NCBI GenBank assembly: GCA_965215265.1
Contig: OZ244048.1
Location: 1,152,001 to 1,216,000 of the forward strand
Direction of reading: 5' to 3'
From: Candidatus Poribacteria bacterium
GTDB lineage: Bacteria; Poribacteria; WGA-4E; WGA-3G
Length of the DNA stretch: 64,000 nucleotides
Part shown: positions 29,684-40,599 of the stretch, in pieces
Numbering within the stretch: the stretch's first letter is position 1
Layout of the letters: the number at the start of each line of letters is the position of its first letter
Translations under genes and position numbers: made by a program
The notes under the pieces: generated by a model
The model's input: only the letters and a program-made list of their open reading frames with translations
Database searches by the model: none
What the model was told of the DNA's origin: nothing

Positions 29684-30052
29684 ATGGATGAAAAAGTGTT
29701 CCACGTCGGCGGAGTTGAGCTCCGTGTAGATAAACGAACTTTCGGATCGGATGGCGGCCCTTCTGTGCGTGTTTATGGAGAAGCAGCTGGAGAAAGTGTC
29801 CAACTCCTACGGTTTGACTGCTTTCGCAAGGACCCACATTACCACTACGATCCCTCTGGAAAGAACGACCAGCGGCACCTCGATAAAGCCAGTGTGCCGG
29901 ATTCGGTCGCTTGGACGATTGAACAACTCGGACAAAACCTCGCGGAGATGATTCATACTGCAGGATACGCCAGCGTCGCTGAACAGGTCGATCAGAACGC
30001 AGTTGTGCAAATACTCCCTGAAGTTGAATCGCTCATGCGAAGCGAAAACTAG
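29684..30052 (+). CDS. Conserved hypothetical protein
   Basis: 122-aa ORF with RBS GGAG behind a consensus promoter; LLRFDCF...PHYHY motif. Confidence 0.75.
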   Translation: MDEKVFHVGGVELRVDKRTFGSDGGPSVRVYGEAAGESVQLLRFDCFRKDPHYHYDPSGKNDQRHLDKASVPDSVAWTIEQLGQNLAEMIHTAGYASVAEQVDQNAVVQILPEVESLMRSEN

Positions 30053-30074
30053 GTAAACAAAGGAGAAAATCAAC

Positions 30075-30749
30075 GTGTATAGAACTATTGCTATGAGTGT
30101 ATCCGTGCTCACGCTATTCATTGGATTCAGTGCTTTCGCGGGAACCCCTCAGGAGTGGGGAAAATGGAAGAAAGGTGAGTTACTTCTCGAAAACCATAGC
30201 TTTGAGGATGATTTAGCAGGCGGATGGGAATTAGAGGACGGTGCGTGTTGTAATCGTGGTGGACTCTATACCATGGAAATTGACAAGACAAACCCACAAC
30301 ACGGAAAAAAATCGCTCAAGGTCATCGGACACAAAGCAACCGGCACGGCTTGGCACGCAAAAGTCAAGCAACTGGATGTCTCCATGGAGGCAGGCGAGGA
30401 ATATACCATCATTTTTTGGGCTCGTTCCGAAAAAGCCCGGATCGTCGCCATTAGTGTACAGATGCAACACGACCCTTGGACCTTCTACCAAGGTGGTGAA
30501 ATCAATTTGCTAGGCCCAGAGTGGGAAGAATATCACATTACTTTCAACTCAACTGCCGATGTAGAGCGCGATATGTGGATAGGTTTATCAATCGCACAAT
30601 CGGATGTCGATTTTTGGATCGATAACTTCCGCTTCTTTGAAGGCGAACCCGACGACGACTTAACGCGCGATGAACCGTTTGCTGTTGACCCCAGCGATAA
30701 ATTGGCAACACAATGGGGAGATATTAAATCTGATGCTATAGGTAGGTAA
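30075..30749 (+). CDS. Secreted carbohydrate-binding (CBM4/9-like) protein with a C-terminal AVxPxxKLxxxWGxIK tail
   Basis: Signal peptide, NHSFE, FWARS, FWIDN; RBS AAGGAG. Confidence 0.75.
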   Translation: MYRTIAMSVSVLTLFIGFSAFAGTPQEWGKWKKGELLLENHSFEDDLAGGWELEDGACCNRGGLYTMEIDKTNPQHGKKSLKVIGHKATGTAWHAKVKQLDVSMEAGEEYTIIFWARSEKARIVAISVQMQHDPWTFYQGGEINLLGPEWEEYHITFNSTADVERDMWIGLSIAQSDVDFWIDNFRFFEGEPDDDLTRDEPFAVDPSDKLATQWGDIKSDAIGR

Positions 30750-30756
30750 AGGAGTG

Positions 30757-30787
30757 TATAGGTGTATACCGGAAGTATACACCTATA
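30757..30787 (+). terminator. Hairpin, probable intrinsic terminator
   Basis: TATAGGTGTATAC-CGGAA-GTATACACCTATA, a perfect 13-bp stem followed by TTTGTT, just after the stop at 30749. Confidence 0.55.
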
Positions 30788-30981
30788 TTTGTTAGTTCGG
30801 GTGCACGCTACCTACATAGTCCTTTCAATTCGCGAAACTGACTCCTCTCCTCAATTCCGTTTCTGAATACAATAATCCGATTGCTACTTGTTTATCTCTT
30901 GTTATTAGAAGTGCCCAAGCAATTTGAGGTCTTTGTGAAGAGTTTAACAATGAACATAGATTGTCCAAACTTTAGTAATTT

Positions 30982-31833
30982 TCAGGAATTCGCCGCGAAG
31001 AGTTCAAGATACGTTTTCGTTTTTGTCTCAAACTTCTCTGCAAGTTGGAGGTTAAGCATCTTATCAAAATGTTGAGCCTCACGGAAAAAAGACGTTGTTG
31101 CTGCTTTCACCGCATTCATAATATCAATCCTTCTCAAACCCGGCACCAATGTTTGTTCAATATTCCTTAAAAAATCTTCCGACATCTGATCCACGTGTCG
31201 AAAACGCTTAGTTTCCAATCTGTCGCGTAGTCCACGTAGTTCAATTGTTTGGTTCCTAATCTGTTCAAGTTCGTATATAGCTCTCCAAGGTTGCTGGCGT
31301 TGAGCGGCAATAATAGCGTGTCTGATATAGTGCAAGATTACGCTGAGTCTGGAACGATAGACTTCTTCCAGATTTGGCCCTGGTCTGTTCTTCCAGCTTG
31401 CCTGCATAATGCTCTCAATCCTTCCTGAACGATCGAATACAGTTTTCCAACGTTTTCTTTTCGCGTGGAGCTCATCTAAAGAGAGGAAACAGAGATCAAT
31501 TTCCAGAAAGTTCTCAAGGAGAAAAACCCAAAGATAGACGTTAACTGCTCTGACAGACTCAAGCGAATGAAATATGGGTAGCATTTCACGAATCTTTACA
31601 CCCCATTCTTGGAAAGCAGGTCTGACATCGTCAGCCAAGGTTGTAACTGCACATAAATCTATATCGGAGTAAACATCCTCAAAACCTTCTGCACCAGATC
31701 CGACAACCACGAGCCCCGCGACACGATTATCATTTCGTAGGGCAGCTACGAGACGATTAAGGATTTCATCGCGTTCGATAGGTGAAAAATGAGGGAAGTG
31801 CTCGATGCCTGCTTGATACGTACGTTCTGTCAT
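30982..31833 (-). CDS. Nucleotidyltransferase-domain protein (aminoglycoside adenylyltransferase-like fold)
   Basis: VVGSGAEG..D.YSDIDL motif and a third Asp in EIDL. Confidence 0.75.
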   Translation of the reverse strand: MTERTYQAGIEHFPHFSPIERDEILNRLVAALRNDNRVAGLVVVGSGAEGFEDVYSDIDLCAVTTLADDVRPAFQEWGVKIREMLPIFHSLESVRAVNVYLWVFLLENFLEIDLCFLSLDELHAKRKRWKTVFDRSGRIESIMQASWKNRPGPNLEEVYRSRLSVILHYIRHAIIAAQRQQPWRAIYELEQIRNQTIELRGLRDRLETKRFRHVDQMSEDFLRNIEQTLVPGLRRIDIMNAVKAATTSFFREAQHFDKMLNLQLAEKFETKTKTYLELFAANS

Positions 31834-31919
31834 AGTATTCCTGAATTTGCGAATTTTGGTTAAAGAATAGCGCGAGAACTGGTTGAATCCTCATCCTCTT
31901 CCAGCTGTACCGTCAAAAA

Positions 31920-34052
31920 TTAAAACAGAGTTGTTTTCAATAGATGCGCGACTTTGATGAACACAATTCGTTCAGTCTCTCCGTCCACGTATCTATTATC
32001 GTTGTAAACGATGAAGAAGTTGCTCTCAGGTAGGTACTCGTAAGCGAAAAGCACAAAGACTCGACGCTCCTTTTTTAGTGTGAATTCTGCGCTTCCCCTC
32101 GCAAACATCCGCTGCGCGAATTGATAATTCACGATAAATCGGCGCGTCCATTCCGAGAGTCCCCATTCGGTATCAGCCGGTTCCCTCTCATGTAGACGTT
32201 GTAGAATGAATTCGAAACTGAGTTTCGGGGTTGGACGAATCGTAATTTCGGGACGAAGAAAGAACGTGTCTCTATTATCTCGCACACCGAAAGTCCCTGT
32301 GTTGCGAATTTGGACATATTTTGGGGGAAACCACCCAGCGAAGAAGCGGACGGTTCTGTCCGTAAACGGTTGATTTTCATCGTCGACGTGATAATACCAT
32401 TCCGGGCCGAGTAAAAAAAAGAAGTTTTTAACGCCGAGGAGTCCGCTAAACCCGGCGCGATGGTTCGTCAACTCCCCTGCATGGTTTTCAAGCCGTTCAT
32501 ACTTTACCTCGCCGCGCAGCCTTTCAACTGCTCCTTCATATTGCTTATTATAACGCGTTTCCAAGACAAACCCACGCCGATCTATGCGGGGGATAAACCC
32601 TGTTTCTGGATTAAAGTCTTCACCGATGTCCGCGTAAATCGCATCAAATGAAAACACATTTGTCCGCCGGGCGAGTTGGACAAAAACAAGGTCGTCTGCA
32701 ACGTTTTCTGGTCTGTTATAGGCACCTGCTTTCCATTCCCTAGCGTACTCCAGATTAAGATTCATCGCGGCGGGCAGCTGAACCCGGGCATCCACGCCGC
32801 CGGCTCTGTCGTAGGTTGTGCCCCGCTGCTTGTTAACGCCTAACATCCCAATAGATGAGGTTTTTCCGAGCTCCCGTTGCAAGCGCAGCACAGTATAGTT
32901 ATAGTTATTCAGAGGTAGTTCGCCTTCCTCAATTTCTTGCTCTTCATCCTCAGGTCCGGCGATGGCACTCATCAAGGCAATATTGTACCGGTTCATCTTT
33001 CCGATGACCTTTCCACCAGCGATTAGATCTTCAACCTGGCGACTGTAAAACAGATCGAGAGGCATTTGAAAGAGTTCATTACCTTCCAAGAAGAAAGGTC
33101 TTTTTTCTGGGAATCGGAGCGGAATGTCGCTTAAATTGACTAGGTCTGGATCTGCTTCAATTTGCGCGAAGTCTGGGTTTAGCGTCACATCCACCGTGAA
33201 ATCGGCAATAGGATACCTGATGTCTAATCCTGTATCTGCCTTCATTTCCACGGCTTGATTTCCGATTTTTTGGGGTTTCAAAGTGCTATACGGTTTGAAT
33301 TTGAGAGGTCGCTTCGTGTCCAATTCGGTGAGTGGAAGATTGGTAAGATGCCCAAATTTTGAGACAGCGTACTGGCGTTCACCCAGATCTGCCCATGTCT
33401 GTTCTTCGCCGCGTGCCTCATCGTTTCGCCAAAAGTTAATCCCCCAGGTTGCGACTGCTTTCTCCTTTGAAAATCGGAGTTCTGCGAACGGTATCGCAAA
33501 TTCTGCGATCCATCTGTCATCTTGCTTTCCAGCTTGTCCCTTCCAGTTGCAGTCCCACGAGATCGCAGTCCCAATCTGAGATGAGCCGGTGCGCCTATTT
33601 GTGCCCTCATTAGTGAGGCGCCGATCGGTTTGCGTACCGAGTGGATTTAAGGCGAAAGCATAGCAGTTCCGGTTATCCAAGAATGTATCGATTAAAACCT
33701 CTACGTGATCATCAGAAAAGAAGAAGGAATCACGCCGCGTCTGATTCGCAGCAAGCACATTCATATCTACCTTAAAACATTCAAAAGCAACGTACAGGTT
33801 GTGGGTATCATAAGCAACGTAAACATTGGTTGGCTGACTTGCTGGTTCACCCCGCTGCGGCTCAAATTGAATAAATTCTCCCGTGCGAGCGCAGCTTCCT
33901 TGTTCGTCTTGCCAACAAGCATCGTCTAATTTCCCATCAATTTGAGGTGGCGTTTTTATTAGAACCGCTTTAATCTGTCGAATAGCGTCGGCTTTTTCTG
34001 GCACTATCGCACAGCAACAGAGGATTCCGAAAAATATTAGCAAAATTCTCAT
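31920..34052 (-). CDS. CBM9-like plus DUF5916 outer-membrane protein
   Basis: PQIDGKLDD, EFAIPF, TLNPDFAQIEAD, FPEKRPFFLEG. Confidence 0.85.
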   Translation of the reverse strand: MRILLIFFGILCCCAIVPEKADAIRQIKAVLIKTPPQIDGKLDDACWQDEQGSCARTGEFIQFEPQRGEPASQPTNVYVAYDTHNLYVAFECFKVDMNVLAANQTRRDSFFFSDDHVEVLIDTFLDNRNCYAFALNPLGTQTDRRLTNEGTNRRTGSSQIGTAISWDCNWKGQAGKQDDRWIAEFAIPFAELRFSKEKAVATWGINFWRNDEARGEEQTWADLGERQYAVSKFGHLTNLPLTELDTKRPLKFKPYSTLKPQKIGNQAVEMKADTGLDIRYPIADFTVDVTLNPDFAQIEADPDLVNLSDIPLRFPEKRPFFLEGNELFQMPLDLFYSRQVEDLIAGGKVIGKMNRYNIALMSAIAGPEDEEQEIEEGELPLNNYNYTVLRLQRELGKTSSIGMLGVNKQRGTTYDRAGGVDARVQLPAAMNLNLEYAREWKAGAYNRPENVADDLVFVQLARRTNVFSFDAIYADIGEDFNPETGFIPRIDRRGFVLETRYNKQYEGAVERLRGEVKYERLENHAGELTNHRAGFSGLLGVKNFFFLLGPEWYYHVDDENQPFTDRTVRFFAGWFPPKYVQIRNTGTFGVRDNRDTFFLRPEITIRPTPKLSFEFILQRLHEREPADTEWGLSEWTRRFIVNYQFAQRMFARGSAEFTLKKERRVFVLFAYEYLPESNFFIVYNDNRYVDGETERIVFIKVAHLLKTTLF

Positions 34053-34415
34053 GGATTTTTGGTGGGTCGCTCCTTTTATTGGCGCAGTGTAAAAGGTTAT
34101 CTCATACCAACTGAACGGATTTGCGTTGTTTCGCCCCGGTACTCTTTACCTACAGCAAAAACTCGTAATCCGGTCGAGATGTTTGCGCCACGAACATCTT
34201 TTGTATAACTGATTTCATCATATCGCATATTCTGTTTTTTGTCAATGACGTTGAAAAATGAGAGCGGATATGTTAAACTTTAATGCATGCTTATCATACC
34301 TAACAAAGCAATTTAGTCTATGTAAACCGATCAGAAGGATTGACGTTAAAAGATACGTTAAAATTGTATTCAAAAAGGAGGGCGCGCGGCAAATTAGCCA
34401 TCAGCGCGCTTGTTC

Positions 34416-35528
34416 ATGACAAAATTTTTCGTTTCGCTCTGCTTTTTAGCAACACTTTTCCCATCTACACTTTGGGCTGGCCCAGGGCGAACAGGTGCAC
34501 AAATCCTGAGTTTGGGCGGTGGCGCACGTGCAAGAGCGTTAGGAGACGCATTTTCCGCAATGTCCGGGGATGTCACGATGTCGCTTTGGAATCCCAGTGG
34601 ATTGGCGAATATGCCGGAGAGTAAAGTACGTTCTGGCAAAAAAGCATCGCAAGCATCCATGTTTTATACCGATTATAGCAGCCTATTCGGTGAGGCCGGT
34701 GAGGGGTTGTACTACACCTTTGTCTCTGGCGCGATGCCTATGGGGGATATCGGAACCATTGGAGCAACCCTCCAAATGCAGGGGCAAGGCACGATTGCTG
34801 TAACCACGGATTCCCCAGATGTCGTTCGCGAGGAGAGCCTCGGCACAAACTGGGCACTCACATTCTCCTATGCTGACCGGGTTACCGAAAATTTGGCGGC
34901 AGGTGTCAACGGCAAAATGATCCGAATGGTCCTCGGGAGGGAAAGTGGCAGCTCTTATGCCGTTGATCTCGGCATGCAATACCTATTTCCGTTAGAGTTT
35001 GTTCCGATAACCCTTGGCACGACGATTCAGAACATTGGGCCGGGGATCTCTTTTATTGATGAAAACCAGACAGACCCCTTGCCTCGACTGATGCGGATTG
35101 GCACGGCAATAAGCCTTTACCGGGATCGATATAACCACTTCCGTTTTGTAAGCGGTATCACCGCCTATATCGACAAACTAAGAGAAAATCAAGCCGAATT
35201 AGAAGCAGACTTGGAACGGCTTAACGCGGAAAGAGAAGAGAAACTGACACGCGAACAACTTCTCTCCGATCGAGGAGTCGGGCTCCGCGCGTTTGAGTGG
35301 AGGCACCTCCAAAAGAACCTTGGCTTAGAATATTGGCTCGGAAAAATATTGGCACTCCGTGTCGGCTACAAATCGGAACCCGGCATTAACCTACCTGAGC
35401 TGGCGGATCACTTTACCTACGGCATAGGTGTCCAAGTATACCTATTTAATCTCGATTTGACGTTTGGACCGCGGTTTGGACCTAGCCGGGAGCGGCTCCT
35501 TGAAGCTACTGGCATAGTCATTTTCTAA
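34416..35528 (+). CDS. PorV/PorQ-family outer-membrane beta-barrel protein
   Basis: GARARALGDAF, WNPSGLA, QNIGP, LPRLMRIG, LALRVGY; signal peptide; C-terminal F. Confidence 0.8.
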   Translation: MTKFFVSLCFLATLFPSTLWAGPGRTGAQILSLGGGARARALGDAFSAMSGDVTMSLWNPSGLANMPESKVRSGKKASQASMFYTDYSSLFGEAGEGLYYTFVSGAMPMGDIGTIGATLQMQGQGTIAVTTDSPDVVREESLGTNWALTFSYADRVTENLAAGVNGKMIRMVLGRESGSSYAVDLGMQYLFPLEFVPITLGTTIQNIGPGISFIDENQTDPLPRLMRIGTAISLYRDRYNHFRFVSGITAYIDKLRENQAELEADLERLNAEREEKLTREQLLSDRGVGLRAFEWRHLQKNLGLEYWLGKILALRVGYKSEPGINLPELADHFTYGIGVQVYLFNLDLTFGPRFGPSRERLLEATGIVIF

Positions 35529-35543
35529 GGGAGTACGCTAAAA

Positions 35544-36437
35544 ATGAGCATCCAAAATTTTTCCAGCACACTGTTGAATCGCTTAGCACTCCCGATATTA
35601 GTGGCCATTATCAGTCTCTATACGGGTTTATGCATCGCATCTGAAAACATAGAGGCAGCGCCGTTTTCCATCAAGCGTATACAGCAGGATCCTCTGGGTG
35701 TGGAGCCGGAAGGCTTATCTCGTCAGAACGAGCTTAGCGATTATCTACCTACAGCATTCTATCTGGAATCCGCCCTCGGAAATAGAACATTGGAAACAGT
35801 CCCAGAAATGCCGGTTATGAAATCCCCCAATGAGGCGTTCCTCTATTCCCTCGTAATTCCCGGAGCAGGACAGTTCTATACCGGTATGAAACGTGGATAC
35901 CTCTATGCAGCCGCGGAGGTCGGATTTCTCGCTACTTACTTTATTCTTCGCAACAGTGCGGTCAACACTCGCGACGAATATCGCGATGTGGTAAGGGAAA
36001 ACGTTATCTTTGACGGTCCCGGCTCTTTTGAAAATTGGGACCCTATTGAGGACTTTGAGCACGCTACGCAATACGAAACCTGGAATCACGTCTATGATTC
36101 TGAAGAGACCCGGGCCCGTACCGGAAAATGGTACTGGAAAGACCTTGACCCAACAAGAAAGGATGAAGAAGATATCAATATTGAGTTTGATTCAAAACAC
36201 CGGCTCCAGGCGTTCGAATTGAGACAAGAAGCGAATGACACCTTTGAACGTGCCAAGACCGTCTTAGGTTTAGTGATTTTGAACCATGTTATCAGTGCAA
36301 TCGATGCACGCCTCTCGGCGAAAGCCTGGAATCGCGTAACACAAGCGCGTGCTTCCAACACGTTTGAATTTGACATGCAAACGAGCCTTTCACCCGGCAA
36401 CGTCGGAGGTCTGTTGGTTGTAAGAAAAAGGTTCTAA
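35544..36437 (+). CDS. Membrane/exported protein (DUF5683-like)
   Basis: KSPNEAFLYSLVIPGAGQFY and NHVISAIDA motifs. Confidence 0.7.
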   Translation: MSIQNFSSTLLNRLALPILVAIISLYTGLCIASENIEAAPFSIKRIQQDPLGVEPEGLSRQNELSDYLPTAFYLESALGNRTLETVPEMPVMKSPNEAFLYSLVIPGAGQFYTGMKRGYLYAAAEVGFLATYFILRNSAVNTRDEYRDVVRENVIFDGPGSFENWDPIEDFEHATQYETWNHVYDSEETRARTGKWYWKDLDPTRKDEEDINIEFDSKHRLQAFELRQEANDTFERAKTVLGLVILNHVISAIDARLSAKAWNRVTQARASNTFEFDMQTSLSPGNVGGLLVVRKRF

Positions 36438-36458
36438 AGCCGGAAAACGGAGAAATCT

Positions 36459-37397
36459 ATGCCGATTGAGACACAAACACTCTTAGACGTTTTAAATTCA
36501 GTCACAGCCATCCCCGTCATCCCTTTCAATGGAGAGAAAATCGATTACATTGGGCACGCCAAGAACGTTGACTATTTAATGCGGAACAACTATCTCGAAA
36601 ATGGACGGAAGCGGGTTATCGCAATTGCCGGAACAAGCCTCATCCACCATATCAGCGAAACGGAGCAACTCCGGCTGATAGACAAAACTGGAAGACAAAT
36701 CGCAGATGATGGCGTGCTGATATCCGGAATTGTCCCGAATCCGATTAAACAAGCCGGGCAGCTCATTGAAGCACAAGCAGAACTCCAGCGTCCACCAGAT
36801 GCATACCTACTGATGCCTTTAACCGGAATCTCCAGTCCACAAGGTGTTTATGAACAGTACATGAAATTTGGGGAAGTATATGGCACTGCATGTGATGCCC
36901 GGTTTATCTACTATTTTCGTCAAAAGCGGGAGAGGGCGGCGGTGATTCGTCTGCTGAACGATTCTCCGCACTTTATCGGTGTAAAAATCGGCACAGATGA
37001 ACAAGACGTGAAACCTCTGGTTGAAGGCATCGGCGATAACGGCTTAGTCATGTGGGGCATCGGCGATCGATGCACACGTCCCGCGCAGCGCGGAACAAAA
37101 GGACATACCTCCGGAATTGCGGTTGCGTTTGCCCGGGCTTCAGATGAAATCAATAACGCCCAACGCAGCGGTGATTACAAGACATCTGCACAAATTGAGT
37201 CTGATATTGCTGCCTTTGAAGAAATCCGGTTTAGGAACGAACGGATTTATAATTATGCAGCCGTTGTCGAGGCGATGATTCTGAGCGGCTTTAACGATAT
37301 TGAAGGCGGCACCGGAGGCCCCTTCAACCCACGTGTGCCAACAGACATTCAAGAACAGGTTCGCACAGCAACTCAAAAACTAAAAAAATATCATTAA
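36459..37397 (+). CDS. Dihydrodipicolinate synthase-family aldolase
   Basis: AIPVIPF..E.ID, IAGTS, YY, IGVKIG Schiff-base Lys. Confidence 0.7.
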   Translation: MPIETQTLLDVLNSVTAIPVIPFNGEKIDYIGHAKNVDYLMRNNYLENGRKRVIAIAGTSLIHHISETEQLRLIDKTGRQIADDGVLISGIVPNPIKQAGQLIEAQAELQRPPDAYLLMPLTGISSPQGVYEQYMKFGEVYGTACDARFIYYFRQKRERAAVIRLLNDSPHFIGVKIGTDEQDVKPLVEGIGDNGLVMWGIGDRCTRPAQRGTKGHTSGIAVAFARASDEINNAQRSGDYKTSAQIESDIAAFEEIRFRNERIYNYAAVVEAMILSGFNDIEGGTGGPFNPRVPTDIQEQVRTATQKLKKYH

Positions 37398-37527
37398 TTT
37401 GTCTCCAGAATCAATAAGGTTCATTTGCCTAGAATACCCGTGGCTCCATCGCCCATCAGCAGCTAATAAACATATTGCAGCGTTGGCATGGAAGGAGAGG
37501 AGTAGCACTTCAAATTTCGTCTCGGAT

Positions 37528-37557
37528 TTGACTTCTTCGGAACATTTTGTGTATAAT
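37528..37557 (+). promoter_or_regulatory. Sigma70-type promoter of the rpn gene
   Basis: TTGACT, 18-nt spacer, TG-extended TATAAT. Confidence 0.55.
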
Positions 37558-37648
37558 TCATGTTAAGGAGATTTCGTCTTTACAATATGCAAAACGGCGA
37601 AGCGAAAGCAAGGTGGCAGGCGGCACCCCAGCACAAACGAACCGAACA

Positions 37649-38773
37649 ATGACAAAAGAAACCGAGTTTTTTACAGCTTTCAATATACCTATCGGACAGT
37701 TTCCCGACCGGAGTGCCCGGTTCTTGCTGGAGAACAAGCACAATGTCCGGGGACTTTTAGAAATTATTGCCGCACCTCTCGTACCGCAGCTAGATTTCGA
37801 TAGACTTGTACAACTTAACCGCAGCTTCCTCCCTGCCAATTTACGCGAGCAGGAGTCAGACCTCGTCTATCGCGTGCCGTTTCAGAACGCAACCAAACAG
37901 GAAGAGCTGCTCATCTATATCCTCATTGAACATCAATCCACCGTGGATGTAAGCATGGCATTTCGGATACTGTTTTATATGATGCAGATTTGGGATGGCC
38001 AGCGCCGCCAATGGGAAGCAGAAAACGTGCCGAAAGGCCAGTGGAAATTCCGCCCAATTCTGCCTATTGTATTTTACACCGGGGACCGGCACTGGAAGCA
38101 ACCTTTAACTCTGCAGTCCTTGATGGATGTTCCCGAAGAACTTAAGCGGTTCGTGCCACAATTCGATACCTTGTTTCTTAGTGTGAAAGAGAGCGACGCG
38201 GCAAGGTTGACTGAAACAAACCATCCGTTCGGGTGGCTACTGAGCGTGCTGCAAAAGGAACACGCACCCAAAGAGGAGTTGCGGACGGTGTTGCTTGCTG
38301 CACTGCGCTCTCTGAATACTTTGGATAACACGGCACACTCGCAGTGGCGGCAAGCAATTTGGTATTTACAGTTATTAATATTCCATCGTCGTCAACCGGA
38401 TGAACAAGAAGAGTTAATAAAGTTACTCTCAGAAAATATAGAAGATTTTACCCGTAAAGAGGAGGAAAAAATCATGGCACAGACTATAGCAGAATATCTT
38501 AGGGACCAAGGCATTGCAATTGGAGAGTCGCGTGGCAGGGAAGAAGGGGAAGCACGTGGCAGAGAAGAAGGGGAAGCGCACGGCAAAACGCAAGCGAAAC
38601 AAGAGGCTATCCTCAAACTGCTCGAACTCCGATTTCAGCAGGTGCCCGAAACGGTGAACCGGACCATCACCGAAATCCAGGAACTTTCGCACTTGGACGT
38701 GTTATTTGAGAAGGTAGCGACTGCACAATCCCTTGACGAAATACAATGGAATGGCAACCCTAATGTAGAATAG
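37649..38773 (+). CDS. Rpn family recombination-promoting nuclease / putative transposase
   Basis: ESDLVY, ILIEHQS, MAFRILFY, PIVFYTG motifs and GREEG repeats. The ATG at 37649 lies downstream of the promoter. Confidence 0.9.
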   Translation: MTKETEFFTAFNIPIGQFPDRSARFLLENKHNVRGLLEIIAAPLVPQLDFDRLVQLNRSFLPANLREQESDLVYRVPFQNATKQEELLIYILIEHQSTVDVSMAFRILFYMMQIWDGQRRQWEAENVPKGQWKFRPILPIVFYTGDRHWKQPLTLQSLMDVPEELKRFVPQFDTLFLSVKESDAARLTETNHPFGWLLSVLQKEHAPKEELRTVLLAALRSLNTLDNTAHSQWRQAIWYLQLLIFHRRQPDEQEELIKLLSENIEDFTRKEEEKIMAQTIAEYLRDQGIAIGESRGREEGEARGREEGEAHGKTQAKQEAILKLLELRFQQVPETVNRTITEIQELSHLDVLFEKVATAQSLDEIQWNGNPNVE

Positions 38774-38848
38774 TGGCGGTGCAATTGTCTAAATCAGGAT
38801 TTTAAGATTTTCAATTCAAGAACTGCGTGGTATACCCCCGACAAAAAT

Positions 38849-40564
38849 ATGTCCTATGACAGTTTAACTCTCTTTCTCGTTACAAATGAATTGCGTCAGA
38901 CCCTTTTGGGCGGCACCATTCGACACATTGAACAAGCGAATCCGACGACCTTTTTGTTCAAGGCTGTACACGCCGGCAAAACGGACTGGTTCACTCTCTC
39001 AGCACATTCTGTGCATGCCCGCACGCATCTCATTCCGAAGCCTCCACCAGGACAGAAACAGTCATACTTCGCAGACTTTCTGACAACGCATCTCAAAGGC
39101 GGAAGGATCACAGCAGTCGAGCAGCTCGGATGGGACCGTATCTTAAAAATAACGATCCAGCCTATATCTGATGAGCAGATCCAGCCGACACCCAAAGCAG
39201 TGATTGCCGAATTAATGGGGAAACATAGCAACATTATCTTAATTGACGCAACCACCGATCGGATTTTGGAATGTCTCAAACATATTGACGAAAGTGTGAG
39301 CCGGCACCGAGAGGTTTTGCCCGGTGAATCCTACTGTTTGCCACCACAACAAGAGAAAGCAGATCCATTGGAACTGAATGAAGCAGGTTTTAAAGCTCTG
39401 CTTGAAAGCGAACCCCGTGTGACATGGCGTTCGCTGTTTAGCAAAATCGATGGACTCAGTCCAACCCTTTCAAAGGAAATCGTCGCACGGGCGGAGGAGG
39501 TACCCTTATGGGAAGCGTATCGGCAGGTTATCGCTTATTTTCAATCTAAGCCTGCCGCACCGCACATCCGCTTTGATGGCAAAAATCCCGTGGCTGTATC
39601 TCCGATGCCGTTGCGACATCTTTCGGCTGCGGGCCAACGAGAAACATTTGATACTATGAGTCAGGCACTTAGTGCCTACTACGATGCAATTACTCTGAAG
39701 GAAACCGTCGCATCAGAACAACGGGCCCTTACGCAAGCATTGGACAAACAGCGGAAGCTACTCAACCGAAAAATGAACGGACTTCGCGAAGATTTAGCAC
39801 GTGCCGAAAAAGCCGAGGATTATCGGATTCTGGGAGAACTGCTGCTCGCCAATCTGCACAATATCAAACGCGGGCAAAAACAGGTCGAATTGCAAAACTA
39901 CTATACTCCAGACTTGGAGAACTTGACGATTTCGCTTAATCCTGAACAGAGTCCCTCTGATAACGCGCAAGCGTATTTCAAGAAGTACACCAAAGCGAAG
40001 CGCGGACGTTCACGTATCCAGCAGCAACTCGCAAATACAGACGCGGAGCAAGAGGTACTACAACTGTATATCTCCAAACTCACATCAGCAGATACGCCGG
40101 ACATGCTCCAACGGCTTCGTGCAGAATGCATTGAAAACGGATATATAAAAGCGCAGCGGCGTAAAAATCAGAAACGAAACGTCAGCGAAGGGCTCTTCCG
40201 AAAGTATACCTCTACCAACGGGTTTCAGATCTACGTTGGCAAAAACAGCCAATCCAACGATCTGCTCCTGCGTCAGATTGCGAAACCGCGCGATATGTGG
40301 CTACACGCCAAACAGATTCACGGATCCCACGTCATCATCCGTAATCCCGAAAACCGGCCCGACATTCCGATGCCCACGTTGTTGCAAGCAGCGCAGCTCG
40401 CTGCCTATTTCAGCAAGGCACACCACGCTAGCCATGTCCCTGTTGACTATACCTGGGCACGTTATGTAGTTAAACGCAAAGGCAACGTCGCCGGGTACGT
40501 CCACTACACGCATGAAAAGACGTTATATGTGGAGCCTGCCTTGCCGTCATCAAACGGAGATTAG
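38849..40564 (+). CDS. rqcH: Ribosome quality-control NFACT protein (RqcH/FbpA)
   Basis: MSYD start, ELMGKHSN, NAQAYFKKYTK, VGKNSQSND, WLHAK...GSHV, VDYT. Confidence 0.9.
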   Translation: MSYDSLTLFLVTNELRQTLLGGTIRHIEQANPTTFLFKAVHAGKTDWFTLSAHSVHARTHLIPKPPPGQKQSYFADFLTTHLKGGRITAVEQLGWDRILKITIQPISDEQIQPTPKAVIAELMGKHSNIILIDATTDRILECLKHIDESVSRHREVLPGESYCLPPQQEKADPLELNEAGFKALLESEPRVTWRSLFSKIDGLSPTLSKEIVARAEEVPLWEAYRQVIAYFQSKPAAPHIRFDGKNPVAVSPMPLRHLSAAGQRETFDTMSQALSAYYDAITLKETVASEQRALTQALDKQRKLLNRKMNGLREDLARAEKAEDYRILGELLLANLHNIKRGQKQVELQNYYTPDLENLTISLNPEQSPSDNAQAYFKKYTKAKRGRSRIQQQLANTDAEQEVLQLYISKLTSADTPDMLQRLRAECIENGYIKAQRRKNQKRNVSEGLFRKYTSTNGFQIYVGKNSQSNDLLLRQIAKPRDMWLHAKQIHGSHVIIRNPENRPDIPMPTLLQAAQLAAYFSKAHHASHVPVDYTWARYVVKRKGNVAGYVHYTHEKTLYVEPALPSSNGD

Positions 40565-40599
40565 AAAATGCCATTTTCGAAAACAATAGAGGAAAATTA

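Noticed and set aside
38520-38585. Tandem GGCAGxGAAGAAGGGGAAGC repeats
   Set aside because: These are the ordinary coding GREEG repeats of Rpn-family C-termini.
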